A DNA stretch of 64,000 nt from Marsupella aquatica (lineage: Eukaryota > Plantae > Marchantiophyta): NCBI GenBank assembly GCA_973895155.1, contig OZ316891.1:16829651-16893650 (forward strand). Direction: 5' to 3'. The translations under genes were made by a program, and so were the position numbers. Numbering within the stretch: the stretch's first letter is position 1; each line of letters starts with the position of its first letter. Positions 1-13,811 of this stretch are shown piece by piece. A model generated the notes under the pieces. That model had not been told where the DNA came from, did no database searches, and saw only the letters and a list, made by a program, of their open reading frames with translations.

Positions 1-756
1 CCAAAATGATCAATTTTGTCCAATTTACGATTTGAGCTATAGCATGCAACTCCTCACGCATTGCAAAGCTCACATCATCAAGAAACCTATCTCAGATCCC
101 TCATCTGGAAAAACCGTTGAAGAAACCGTCAAATACAAATCATTTTACACCCAAATCCAGAATGACTCAAACTTCAATTCCTCCACGCCACAAACTCCGT
201 TCAAGGATTTCTACGCACCGCTAGAAATTCCTTGCCCCGATCTATCTACTGAGCCCATAAACTTTGAGTTCCACGGGACGGAACTTTGGGAAATCTACCG
301 ACAAAAAATTGTCATGAAAAAAGTCGTCTCCCAGGCTTGCTGTAACACTAATTATTGAACTATGACGTATTTCTCTACGATAAGATCATGACTCATCTCA
401 TGCATACATAGTCGACACACTTGAATACATGATTCATATATTTTCCAAGGTTACATCCACACGAACACGAAAGCTAAGAGTAGTCTCCACATACGAGCTC
501 TCTTTTTCTCTCAAGTCGCTTAGTTACAATGAGCAAATATCATTTTACCAATGACTTACACTAACCCTGGTATATACAAGGTCACACACGACTAACTTAA
601 TTTCAACTAAATTCTTAATTACAGTTAACCTAATTATTATAACCTATGAGTCACAAAACTAAGAACAATCTTTAACACTAGAAAAATGAACTTACTGACA
701 AAATGGATATACAGATCCCTTACAAGCAAGGTCGGCCCCAAAATGTGGGTGTCACA
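1..756. mobile_element. Possible terminal portion of an LTR (element extends left of the window)
   Basis: AT-rich non-coding stretch ending GGGTGTCACA at 756, a typical gypsy-like LTR end. No partner LTR or TSD is visible. Confidence 0.3.
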
Positions 757-2527
757 ACAAGGGAAGGGAACATGCACCCTAGGAACATGGCCAAAGAAAC
801 ACGGATGGTACAAAGATGAGCCATAGCAAACACAACTCTGCCAATAGGGTCGCCCTGTTGGGTGGTACACAATGGTTTCTCCTATTCATAAAGTCAAACA
901 CTTTAGCATGAGTGATGCAATCTTATTACCTCCCTTGCCTTTTATGGTCCCCGGAGCTAATAATACATTACCATTACCAATTAAAAAAGACACAAACTTA
1001 AATCCTATTTTTATTGCAAAAAGTTTTTTGAATACTGTTGTAAACTTGCATTTTGATTGCCTGGAGAGGAAGTTGCATACTTCTTATGGAAAATTCAGAA
1101 AACATGTATGTAAAGGCCCACAATCTTATAGTCTATAATGTGGAGGTTGAGCTTGAACCAGGCCCAGGCTTTACTACTAATAGATGTCTGCAGGTGTTCA
1201 GTCCAAGCCAAGAGTACTGAGACAATTCCAAATGGTTCAGCAGGTGGTAGCATGGATAACTTGCCAACAGATGATCAGCCCAGACAGGACCAAACGCAGA
1301 CATATCTTTAGTAGTGTTATCTGATGTGGTGAGAGGCCACTGATGAACCCAGGCTAGGACAGACATGGGACAGGACCAAATGCAATGGAAGATATCTACA
1401 AAAGTGTTGGGTGGACATCTAAAACAGTGGTCTCTGTGTCAGCCCTGTCGAGGTGGGGGAGGCGCCACCTGTTTTAGCTGGCTGGTACACGTGTTCCCAT
1501 CAAAATATTATTTCCCGCAGCACCACTGTAGAAAAAATATGTTAGCGCAATGATGACTCGGTAATGAGATATAATCAACGGCCGTGGCAAAGCTGTGAGT
1601 GGATGAGCCCAACAAAATCGCATCACTCGCCCTGAACGTTCTTTCACCGGGCTCTAACGGGATATCAATCCACAAAGCCCTCACTGAAGAACTTTATCGA
1701 ACTTGTCTGAAAGGCGAACGATGCTCGAATGCTTCAAGAAACCGTATCAGGTGATACCATAGAAATTTGCAGGGGCCCGCCAAGGGTAAAGGGATTTGTA
1801 TCCTGTTTCGCAAGGACGGTTAGAAGGTTTATCGGGCCGACGAATTTCGTACCAGTTGTCAGTGTAGATCTTGTGGCGCTGAGACGAAGATGACGCAGGG
1901 AGGACAAGAACCTAGGAGTTTTGGAGAGGGGATGTTGGGCTGAAGACACGAGCTCGTTAGGTGTCAGTCCTGCTCAGTGCAGACACAAAATGCGTCGTCT
2001 CCAAATTTGGGAAGGTAACAAGTAGCGTAATGAATGTTTGGGAGCAGCCAACCTAGTTCGAAAGATCGAAAAGTTCGATCAGTGGTGCTGGCAAGCACTG
2101 CACTAACCAAGATTTGTCAAAAGTAAAAGGCAGGTCTAACAGAGGATGGTAAAACCACTACCTTCCACATAAAATGCAGAACAAGCACACAGAAACTGTA
2201 AATGGGTCCTTTGATTGCAGTGGGATTCAAATGAAGTTTGGTTTACAACCTGCAGCTCTTCGTGTCATCCGAGCGACCCATGCAGTGTATCCCGACATCT
2301 TAACATAAAAGGGAGTGGAGACCAATCACCGTCCTTAATGATGAAACTAACAGCAGAAAGGGATGCAAGTAGAGAATATATCACGGACACCAAAAATACG
2401 AGAGTACCAAGAAGACCTTGCAAAAGGAAAAAGAAAGAGATTCTCTTACTATGAAAGTGGCAAAAGTTTCTCCCTTGTGACCTTTAAAAAGCAGCCTACA
2501 AGCGGAGCAATATGTAGCATAGACTCT

Positions 2528-5500
2528 CTACAAGTATAAGGAATTGGCAAACACAATACCCCGCCGTATGCTCCCGCTTCCAGCCTCAAACTTCTTCTCC
2601 AAATCTGAATCTCCTACTGCTTGTGCAGCACCCCGTAACTGAGGCCAAGCACCGAACCGGTAGCAAGACGTCAGTACAGTGAATGTGAACAAATAAATGA
2701 TCCAACCAGAATTAAATTTTTTGCCAGGCACAACCAATATAATCAAATCACATTAACGAAGCTGATTTGTGTCTCCTATCTTTTGCAATTATTAAGTGCC
2801 AAATTCCAAAATTTCTCTGCAGAACAAGGTGGACTCATACAATGCAGAGCTCTAAGACAAATGTATACCTGGTTCAAAAACTCATCCAATCGTCTTGCAG
2901 CACGAATAATACTACCTTCAAATATGTCTGTTAGCTCGCATATGTCTGCAAACTTTGAACCCTGTCAAAGACTGCGATTTTCAGATATGGAACTTCGCCC
3001 TGCGCATCCTATCTGAGAGATTGTCACAGCTTCTGACCAGAACAAATAGGATCTAGAGAGGAGTGCACTGGCAGCTCTGGTCATTTTCTGATCTAAACAA
3101 GATTAAAAGAAGCGTTTCTAAATCAAAATTGAAGTGCATTTTCTACTGGAGAGCTGTCACCAAAAAACTCTAGTGGGGGTGAGCCTTTCCTTAGGGCACA
3201 TAGGATGGGAAACGAACATGGGCACGTGGACAATCCTTGCTCGGAAATAACTCATGTTCGGAGATTACAGCAGGTAGAAAATTGTCTAAATGTTGACAAA
3301 TCTCAATAAAATGATCATTTATCGTTAGAAACGGCAATGCTAGTGTACCTTGGACCAGCTATACATCACATCCATGAGAGACGGTTTGAATGATTGTACA
3401 TAGGCTTCAACGTCAACCTCCAACTTGCACTCTTGTTGAATCTGGCAAAAAATTCAACTCACTTGATATCTGATGCATTTAACAAGGCCCAAAGACTGGT
3501 CTACAATAAAAGGTTAACCATTAATCAAAACCAATCCATCTCACAACGAAGCCAGGTCCTAAAGAAAATTGTTGTCACCATTTTTGAAAGATATCCACTT
3601 TAACATGAAATTCTGGCTGTTTAAAGCTGGAAAACTTCTATTTCCAAGATCTACCTTGTATACAACTAAAGACATCCTGACCTGATTTTACTCCTAGCAA
3701 TGTAAAATATCTTAGGTTTACAAAGTCTACCCAAGAGAATCCTGCTCACCACTGCGATTGTCCGTGCTGTTTCTTGAAGTTGACGAAGTGGCCAAGCCAG
3801 TTCATTTTTCAAACGCACTTGTTCATTTGACTTTTCTACGGGTAGAAAACAACTTGAGAGAGCAACCACTTGGTGATGATCAAGATCAGTAAATAGGCCT
3901 GTTCAGAAAGTTTATTTCACAAGTCAGGTCGTTCCTCAATACTGTCTTTGCCATGTAATGTCGACATGAACTGTTTGTTTCCTTTAAGTAAATTGGTAAC
4001 AGCAATCGCCTTAACCATCATCTTACGACACAGAGGCATCTTCAAGATTGACATAACTACCCATAGTATATGCATGATGTTGAAAATGCAGGAAATGCCG
4101 GACAAGGCGAGGGAACAGAAATGGAAGAGCAGGTCATGACATTAGTTACCATTGAACATTAACTCAGTTACCAGCAGTTCCTCGGCAGTGTCAATCAGGC
4201 ACGCAGCACGACCTTTCAACTGTACTACTCCATCATCGTTTATGTGCCCTAAACGTCTCAGCACCCTTGACCTACTTTGGAACTCTTCCCTGAACTTATG
4301 CAACTGTGAAAGGAAGATCACGAGTCCAACATCAACCAGGAAGGTTAACCTTTATCAAAATAGGTAAATCTGGGAACTACACATTCGACTGTTAGGAAAT
4401 CACTGCAAAACTGGCCCACCTAATCAGCTTTAAGAAGCTAGTGATGAGGTGTTCGCTCCAACTCCTAGTAAGTTCGCGCACCCATTGAGGTCAACAAGCT
4501 TCAACGCAACCAACAAGTACCTGTGAATCACGCATCCTGGACCTCAGCTTCTGAGATTGAGCACGAAGCTCTGCTTTCCTTTGAAGAATTGCACGACCAG
4601 ACGCATCTTCTGACTGTAGGACAGGAAGATACAAACCACATAGCCAACACTCCGTTTGTTTTGAGACTTGAAGGGGAAGTACACGTGCGTGCCCATTGTG
4701 TCGAAGAACTAACATCCTCTAAACAGGCGACCACTTGTACAGAACAGCTGTACTTCGAATACGAAGAGAACGAGCAATTTGACAAGACCTTGATGAAGCA
4801 TGAAGATAAAAACTTGAGACAAGTGACAGATAGAAAAATGTTACACTAAAGAGTGGATTTGCAATGAGCTTTTTCTCTTCCTCCTCGATCTCCTTCACTA
4901 TTGAGACAAAATCTTCGTCATCAATGCCCATATCCTGCACAGAAAATATGAAGACTGAGTCCTTCCGCCCCGATTCTAATAACCAATGACGTTGAGGATG
5001 CAAGTTCAGTGAACATTTTTACATTGAAATAGAAGCGCTCTTATTTATACTCAGGACGTTTTGAGCCTTGCCCAGAAACATGGCAGGACCCTGCGGCACA
5101 AAATTGTCTGGACATGTATGTCTGGCCAATCAAATTCGTCTATTTCATTTAGACAAGTGAGTGGGCAGGCTGCAACACAGAACCAATTGAGTCTAGTATA
5201 ACTCCAAATGAATACAGTAGCACCACTGCTTTCGACGAAGATACTTTGGACCATACTTGCCCACACACAAACCCAACGAGAAAAAGAAAATCCTTGAAAA
5301 GAATGTAAGAAACTAAAAAGAAGTTACCTCTATTGGATCAAGTCTTGGCAACCCATCAGGGAATCTTCGTTCAAGTTCTTGGACAGCTAAGAGAATGCTT
5401 TGACGAGCCTCCGTAGGCCGTAGGTCCCCTGGAACAGCCACTCTTAGTGCACTGATTGCACAGATCAATGGCATTTGGACAGGTACCTACAGAGATCACC

Positions 5501-8500
5501 CTTCATTGTAAAAAATTGCTTTGAGTGACGTAATAGTTATACCTCGCAACGTGACTAGCAATCCAAGCTTAAGCCCAGGTCGTAAAAATAACCAAACGAG
5601 AATCAAGTAGCAGACTATTCTCGCATAATTCTGAGGAAGAGAACTGACATAAGGATATCCGAACTGAACAATTCTAGCGGACCTCTAAATAAAACAACTC
5701 TCGTCCGAATTACATGAACTCTCTCCAGGAACATTTGATGATAGATCCCCATCTCAGACCTCCATTTCTGTGTTTAAATTCTACACTCGTGTCCGACAAT
5801 CTCTCTCCCGCAACAAATGAGCATTGCAGTTCTTTTACGGCGATTGGGGACCATCCCGCAGCCATTAGTGAAAACCCCTTGGAAGAATTTCACTGCAAGG
5901 ATACCCAAGCAAATAATTGTCAACCGATGCCAAACAGTCTATACTGATCCCATATTCTTACCACATGCATCTCTCCTTTTCCACCTGCCGGACAAGGTTG
6001 GGGCTTAGGTCGAGGGCGTTCTTGAGCTAACACCGAAGAACAGTGTAGAAGAATATCCACAATGTAGAAGCTTGCAGTGGGTGCTGATAACACTGCAGAA
6101 GGGACAACACTTTGAGAGACAAGGGGCTTCTTAACTACATTCACAACCACCCCCCAACCCCATTCTTCCCCCAAAGTTCCTCGTACCTTAACCTGCGAAG
6201 ACAATTTTTGTGGTGAGAGTATCAGACTGCGAAAGGAATCTTTTAGTCGAGTATGGACATAAAACTTTGCTGCTAGTATCACTGGGAATGTGTGACATTC
6301 ACACAGCCGGATGGTATGATCCATCGATAGAACTTTGCAAAACGGAACATTCTCACAAATTACTCTGTAAACTGAGTAGAAGTCATGAACTCCACATTGA
6401 ATTCAATCCTAGGGAGCAGCTTTATGTCCGTACCAGACGGCCAGGTTGCAGAAACAGTAGCGCTCGTTCGGGTCTCAGAACCTCAGCCATCATCTTCTTT
6501 TCTAGCCGTGCCATGTTCAGTCTTTGATTGTGATACTCAACCAATGATTCCTGAGGCAACACAGGTTCCTAATCAGACCCACTGAAGACCTCAGTAGAAT
6601 TTATGGCTTTCCATTCCTCCAATCAGCTGCAGAAACGTTCATATTTGTGAGATCTATCACTCATCTGGCTGCCACTGGAAGGTGGACAAAGCCTCATTCG
6701 CCCTGGCTGCAGAAACTTCTCCCGGATACAATTTCAAACAATTTCAAAAACTTTCAAAGTTACAATTTCACCTGTTCCAACATATATGTGTTTGCTAGTC
6801 CTACCGTCTGATCACTACATAGAACGGAAACAAGCTTCAATTACTCAAAATCATTGAATAAAATAGTCTGATCTCACACTCCGAGGTTCCTAAATCTATG
6901 AAGACAAAAGAACCTTGACATGAGGGCTAAGGCAGACCTCCCCTGAAGCATCTAGTTTGGAAGCTTCTTGTTCGAGCTTTAGTATCTGCTCTTCAACTTC
7001 TGGTAACGCCTGTATTAGTGCCAAGGACGGACAAACGATTCAATGCAGCTGCAAAGAGACTAATAAGGTGACCTAAATTGACCGAAAATCTACAACAAAT
7101 ATATCTGGGCCAACAGACAAACAAAGGTATGGGGACTTCCTGGTAGCTTAGGTACATGATTTCATAGCCATTATGGACCCTTTACAATTACATAAGTAGA
7201 GAAGAACGAAATCCATTGGTGCAAAAACTTAGGATTCCACAAGTATGTATTACTGCTTCAAAATTGGACGGCATATATTACCTTCTCGTGTTGAAACTGA
7301 TGGAAAGAATTCTTGATGACGTACTCGGCATCAAATTGGCCCTCTGCCCTACTCATGAGATTGAGGAGACTATAGTAACTAAGTCTGAAACTGCTGATCA
7401 GTGGTGCCGACTTTCCAGTAATCATTTCCTTGAACACTTCTATTTTCAGCTGTGTCAACCAATGATGAATCTTATGAGCCTGGAAATTTAAGTGTCTGAA
7501 GTACAAATATAATACAAATTGGTATCAAGATCGCCTTTCCACTATTTGGTCATAAGGGTACTGCACGTCTCAGATTCCAAATTTGGGACTACAAAGAGGC
7601 TCAAATTGTGAGGTGCGTAGTCTCAGACAAACACGAAGAAGAAGGTAACGAGAGATGGAACGAACTTGACAATTTAAGGGTTCCCAAATTATTTTTAAAA
7701 TCCATTAGAAAATCATAAAAAACTCACCTGGTCATCAATCATGACAATGCATATCCCCTTATCATCCTTGCCACGTCGCCCTGCCCTGCCACTCATCTAA
7801 TTACAGAAAACCACCACAATCTCATAATTGGACATACCTTGATAAAGCAATTGTGTCTTCGGAAGAATATATTTGTCCATGCTAGTTCATGGTAAATGCT
7901 ATAAATAGTACCCCAAACTAAGATGTCGTAAAGACCCTTCCCTTCCGACTACTTCCCTTCGTTTTTACAAATGCGACGTGACAGTTCACACATAGCAGAA
8001 AGATGCGTCATTTCATAGAAGCGTAAGGTTATAAATCCAATAGTACTACAGTGTTGTCAGCAAGTTCTTTACGATGTCCATCAGTCACTCTATCATTGCC
8101 AACAGCCCAAATGTTGGGATCACAAACAGACTCCAACGGCAAGTGCTTATTCACAAAACAACCAATCTTATAATTTGGCTGTTACAAACTGTCCAACGTA
8201 CCTGAATATATTCTCCTGAAGTCATAAAGCGGTGGCTATCACCATCCCACTTACGCACTTGTGTGAAGACTACAGTCTTTGCTGGCATATTAAGCCCCAT
8301 CGCAAACTATCAAGCATCACGACATCGACAAGGGCCATCAGGCACAATGCCAGCTCTGACGAATAAACGAGTATCAAGCTTGCAAAAATCTTGCGCTGGT
8401 TCTCTCCTTTCAGCCAAACGGCACAACAAGCGCAAACTATGGGTCCAATTAGGTTCAGCTGGTAGAGAATATGACTCGACTACTTACAGTTTCAGTGGCA

Positions 8501-10124
8501 AACAATGCTTTGATTAGACCTTCTTGAAAAAGAATCTCAATGACTTCTTTCAGGATTGGAAGCAGGCCCGAATGATGCACTCCTATTCCTCTCTGTAACA
8601 TTGGAAGAATCAGGCCGATTGCAGGTAGGCTACGATCTTCTTCACTGAGGATTTGAATTGCATTTGAAAAAACCTCTTCCACCATTGACTTTTCTTCCTC
8701 TGTGTTGAAATCGAGCTTTGGCATGGATAGAGCATACTGTTCACACTCACGGCGACTGAAGCTGAACACAATCACCGGTTGAAATTTTCTTTCCATAATC
8801 ATCTGCGGACAAAATACTCGTGATGTCAAGAAGGATCAAGGAACCGCGTCCACCAAAAGTCAATGGGAGTATATTTTAAATGACTAGTCTGTGCGTGCTT
8901 GTGTCAATGTGGAGAGACTAAATATCATGTCCTTAGGTCCGGCGTACCTGAACGCTCTCATACTTGCGACATGAAGCGCAACAGATTTGATCCAAGCATG
9001 GCGGTTTTAAAAGAAACGCAACTGAAATGATTCCTCTAAACCTGAAAGAATCCAGAGTTGAGATTTCAAAAAACGTTTGATAGGTTGTTTCGAACAGAAA
9101 TTACCTTGACAATTTTGTAAATGTCTGTTTTGGAATCACCAGCGCCAGCTCTTCCACCACCTCTTCCACCACCTCTTCCTCCTCTCCCTCGGGCACCTGC
9201 TCTGCCTCTTCCATTTGGTGAATTCAAACCATCCTCGCGACGACCTTCTTGGGAGAATGTCTCAGACACTTTTTGAAAGTTATCCTCTCGAAATTGTCCC
9301 TTTTCGTCAACAATAAGATACAGCCCTTGTCCTCCCATCGGAAATGCATAATGTTGGAGAGGAGTGGGCCGAAAGTCAGTGTAGACCACGTGACAAGGTT
9401 GTTTGTGCAGGAAACAGATCCACTCCGCGAACTCCTTCGAATTAGACATCGTAGCTGAAAGGAAAACCATCTTAATTTCTGGAGGCAGAAAGATGATGCT
9501 CTCTTCCCAAACGACACCTCTCTCGCGGTCCCGCATGTAGTGAATTTCATCAAATATCACCCAAGCTACTTCCCTGAGAACTTCCGAACCTCTGTACAGC
9601 ATTGCACGGAGAATCTCGGTGGTCATAACAATGCAGGAGGCATTCGGGGAGATAGAAACATCGCCGGTCATCAATCCGACATCTCCGAATTCCTGGCTCA
9701 GTTCCCTGTACTTCTGATTACTCAATGCCTTCAGCGGAGACGTGTAAATCACTCTCTGCTTGTCTCTAAATGTCATAGCAATAGCATATTCAGCGACGGC
9801 CGTCTTTCCAGCAGAAGTATGTGCAGCTACTAAAACGGATTCTTTCCTTTCCAGACAAGCGATAGATGTCTCCTGAAAAGCATCCAACTTGAATGGATAG
9901 ACTTTCGCCCTTGGGCCTGTGAAGGTTGGATTGTAGACCGTCCCGTGGATTCCCGCATCAAGTTGGGAGTTGTAATCCACAGGTAGGGCAACTTCATGAA
10001 AGCAAGGGGCTTGTATATTGCGTTTTTTCAAATCAGACGCCCCATTATCGACACTATTTGCAGAATCCTCAACTTTCCTCTTCAAAGGGGTGTTCGGCGA
10101 TGGAGGAGATCCCGAATCTGCCAT
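2528..10124 (-). CDS. HEN2: DExH-box RNA helicase, HEN2-type nucleoplasmic exosome cofactor (MTR4/SKI2 family), 16 coding exons
   Basis: Motifs [27 protein letters not shown]/arch region and C-terminal [31 protein letters not shown] and the ANSLYL end match HEN2 better than MTR4 (from memory). GT-AG exons: 10124-9105, 8802-8488, 8306-8202, 7796-7728, 7449-7282, 7009-6938, 6550-6434, 6192-5962, 5486-5328, 4934-4845, 4613-4521, 4303-4150, 3898-3750, 3441-3349, 2961-2869, 2638-2528. Confidence 0.93.
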
Positions 10125-10861
10125 GCCTTGCAGATACAATTGAAAACTCGAGCCGATTTCCTTCTTTGCTGACCAACTCCTTCATGAGAAACTCTCAAGT
10201 CTACTACAAGCTTCAACGAGTACTCTCCTTCAACGGCTCGCCAGCGATCGTGTGTTAGCGCGGGTTAAGGTTTGCTGAGTCTGGGCTCGGGATGCTCGTG
10301 TTGCGTTTATGTTTCGGTAACCCCGTTGACTGAATGATGCATGAAGTAATAATAATAGTCCTGAAAACTCGGTATCGATCCAGCCTATGGTACCCATAGT
10401 GCTATTTGAATAGCTTCAAGAAATAAATACAACTTATCTAACTTTTAAAACTAAAACGTTTTCGGACATAGGACATAGCTAGTCCATTATGAAAATGATG
10501 ATGCTCTCATGGACCTTAGACGGAAACGATACAATTGGGATGGATTAATGCAGAATATTCACTGTGACATTGTGAGTAATATGAGGTCCATCTGAGTTGC
10601 AAAAATCCATGAGAGCTTTTGACAAACCTAGGGGTCTATCTGGGCTTCATTTTCCTTCCATTATCAAACATAATTTTCCATTTTTCTTGGAGCATGATTA
10701 AAGGATATTTATTATATCTTGCGGAGTCAAGTTAAAAAGTGAATCATTAAAAAAGAGTGACAAAGTTTATGGCTACCGTAGTACTTGGGAACACAACACC
10801 ATGGAATGGCGCAGTCCAATTTTTCAGGAATTCTCAAATATTCCAAATCTGCATTGCCAAG

Positions 10862-10875
10862 TTTAGGGTTTAGGG
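10862..10875 (-). promoter_or_regulatory. (TTTAGGG)2 / telo-box-like motif about 740 bp upstream of the HEN2 ATG
   Basis: gTTTAGGGTTTAGGGt reads as AAACCCTA on the gene strand. Function is unproven. Confidence 0.25.
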
Positions 10876-11271
10876 TCTATGTGGGAAATCAAGAGCTATA
10901 GATACCCACTTGTTCAATGATTATAATAATTCAGGACCATCTACGGGGAGAACTGAGAGAACAGCGCACTTGGGTGGGGGATGTTCATGGTTGTGTCATC
11001 CGGTGGGACTTTGGACTTTGGATTTGTCTGGGCGATTATTGATAAGTAGACAGGATCAGGGATTGAACAAGTTTAGCTTCAATGTTTATGACCAAGGAAT
11101 GGGGACATAGTAGGGAGGCTTGATTAGGGATAGCGGCGGCTGTAGCTATAGAGGAAAAACTGGGCTGGACAAACTACAGGCGTAAGAGAAGGGCGGGAGA
11201 TCGAGGAACTGTTGCGCAGGATCGGCGAGCAGGCTAAGACAAGCGCATGAACAGTATATAGCTACTGTAGA

Positions 11272-11481
11272 ATCAAACAGGGGAGAAAGAGAGGCGACAG
11301 GATTTGCGGGGCATCGAGAGGAAGGGAGGAGACGAAGGAAAAGGGGTGAGCCGCGATAAAACAAAAGGTGAGATTCATCAAACAGGGGAGAAAGAGAGGC
11401 GACAGGATTTGCGGGGCATCGAGAGGAAGGGAGGAGACGAAGGAAAAGGGGTGAGCCGCGATAAAACAAAAGGTGAGATTC
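11272..11481 (+). repeat. Perfect 2 x 105-bp tandem duplication, purine-rich
   Basis: ATCAAACAGGGGAGAAAG...GGTGAGATTC starts at 11272 and again at 11377. Confidence 0.95.
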
Positions 11482-11949
11482 TATTTGGAGCTTAGTTGGT
11501 GATTTGCGTTTAGCACGATCCCACTTGGAAGCGCTATGAATACAAACGGGAGACATAAGGAACATAAAGAGGATGGCCAAGAGGGACATCGAAGGGAGGC
11601 AGGTCAGCGTCAAGATATTGGTGCTGCAATACCTGAAAGGTATAGTAGACAGGATTTGAGAAGTACCGCTTACCCAAGAGGAGGGCGGGGATATAATCAT
11701 TGACCACAAGTAGTAATTCAACAACCATTTGATCTATACGCTAACTCTGATAGGGCTAGAAAAAGTTGCCAGGTTCAGGTGGAGCTGAATAGTGGTCAAG
11801 AAAGAGAGCCGGTAGATATGGAGCCTATAATTGCTACTTCGGGGGGGCGGCGGGATGGAGAAATGGTGCCTCCCCTGGTAAAGCTAACTCGGAACGTGAG
11901 GATAGTGAGGAGGATAACACAGAGGGGTCAGAACAGGAAGAGGTGGTGG

Positions 11950-12944
11950 TCACGGCAGAATGTATAAACATTCTGAAGGAGGCTGCAGCAAATACTACCG
12001 GGGATTGGAGTTCTAAGTTGTATGCGTTAGTTGAATGGAGTCTAGGTGAAGCAGCGAATAATGCAAGGCAGCTATATAACTGTGGAATGCTCTGTTATTT
12101 ATGGATTGGACTCCGATGCTCCCAAACTTTGGGCTTGGATTGAGGCGCGAATGGTGGAAGAACAAAATTGGCCAGTACTGCAACTAAAATTTGTGGGGAA
12201 GAGTTTTTATCTGGTTGTCTTTGAGAATGGTGACCATCAGGACATGGCGCTGACTTCGGCACCGTGGTTCCTGGAACGGAAGTTGGTATACACATTCCCT
12301 TGGGACCCTTCATTTGATATAAGGAATGAGAGGTTTACTAAGCTGCCTGTATGGATTGAGCTTCCATTTCAGGCACTGATACTGGAAGGATGTCGAATCA
12401 AGATTGTGGAATCACTAGGGAAGCTGCGCGCTACACTATATACAAGGCAATGATTATAGCTCCTATCCACATGATAGAGCATGCATCTTATGGGATACGG
12501 AAAGAGAGGTGCCTCACAATGCACGGGTGGTGATCAGAGAGAACATAATAATCTGGCAACCAATTATGTTTAAAAATATTCCATATCACTGTTTTAGGTG
12601 CAACAAAAAGGGACATCTTGCAAGAGAATGCAAGGAGGGGCGAGATGTCGTGACTGAAGCAGATCAGGAGAATAATGATGACTTAGTGGGAATGCCTGAA
12701 GAACTTGATGTTGTTGCTGAAGGGGACCCGGAGGAGGTATTGAGGATGCAACTCGCTATGAATTTGCGAGTAAGAAAGGGAGCGGAGCTGGCAGCACCTA
12801 GAGGGGAAGATATGGTGACAGCTGATATAGTAGCTATTGAATTGCTGATGAGCAAAGAAAGGGCTTCCTTGCCGCAGGAAATAGGAGAGAAAAAGTTGGA
12901 TGAGGTGAGTGTGGAAGCAGAGGGCAAAGGGGGCACATGGACCA
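11950..12944 (+). pseudogene. Degenerate LINE (L1-like) ORF1: DUF4283-like region plus CCHC zinc knuckle
   Basis: KFVGKSFYLVVF...APWFLERK...WDPSF...LPVWIELP followed by CFRCNKKGHLAREC. Frameshifted, and cut at 12945 by an LTR-like insertion. Confidence 0.75.
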
Positions 12945-13811
12945 TGTCACGCCAAAAGAGTCGCCCTTGCACGGATTTTGGCTTAGGCAGCCATAAGCTT
13001 TGTAAATATTGAGGTTTCAGGCAAGGAAGGACGTGCAAACTGCACTTATTCTTGTAACTTGATGCTACCCGCGTCCAATTTTAAGTCTACACACATATAG
13101 GTATATTTTGTATTCCATCGCTGGAATGTACCTTAAGTCGATGGTTGGATCAACCCCGGCTTAAGGACTTCTAAGCCTTCGCGTTATCCGCTTCCAATCC
13201 GGATCCGATGATACAAGTATCTAACCAGAGATCACGCTTGGATCGAGACACCCAACTTTGAGCCATTATCGATGACTAAAATGGCCTCGCCTTCTCACGC
13301 TCGAGCTCACCCTGGCACCTCCATAAGAGCTGAGTCAATGGCGCCGCGGCCCATTTGCTCATTCATACCTTTCAGAATTTGCAGACGCTGCCACTCACTC
13401 TCATATTTTGCTCGGATCAAGCTAACTTTTACGGGGAAATTATCGAAGGTTAAGAGCGGATTGAGGCAAGATTTAGTCAGGGCGAGGAAGGCCTCCACCA
13501 GCGAGCGAAACTGCCGGGCGGGGACGCGGACTTGACGAACCAGACTGCAAAGGTTAGTATGACCCTTACAGCTTTGGGATTTGGACCTTGTTTGGCGAGG
13601 TAGGTGCGAAGTTCTTCGAGACTTACTAGTACTCTTGCCCCGAGAAAGCCGCCTACGAACAACGATATGCAAAGTTGGTGGCCAAGGTAGCACAAGTTAA
13701 CTATGAGAAGACAGCCATCACCAAGGATTCCAGCTACAACGAGCTGCGGGACTACATCACCAAGCTATATATTAGCGATGAGGGACTTAGATCGGTAGTA
13801 GAGGCAATTCT
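12945..13811 (-). mobile_element. Inverted end of an LTR-like element related to family A, interrupted by A1
   Basis: Starts TGTCACGCC. Region ~12945-13230 resembles the reverse complement of the A2 right end, e.g. GGATCAACCCCGGCTTAAGGACTTCTAAGCCTT at ~13147 vs AAGGCTTAGAAGCCCTTAAGCCGGGGTCGATCC at ~27551. Confidence 0.7.

Noticed and set aside
1549-1640. Possible C/D box snoRNA (ATGATGA ... CTGA)
   Set aside because: No terminal stem or recognisable rRNA guide could be identified; such short boxes occur by chance.
1989-2015. Peptide MRRLQIWE resembling the Pol lambda BRCT motif RRLQIW
   Set aside because: Flanking residues do not match and no exon structure supports it.
11146-11724. 192-aa minus-strand ORF with an internal repeat
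   Set aside because: A by-product of the 105-bp purine-rich duplication; no domain features.
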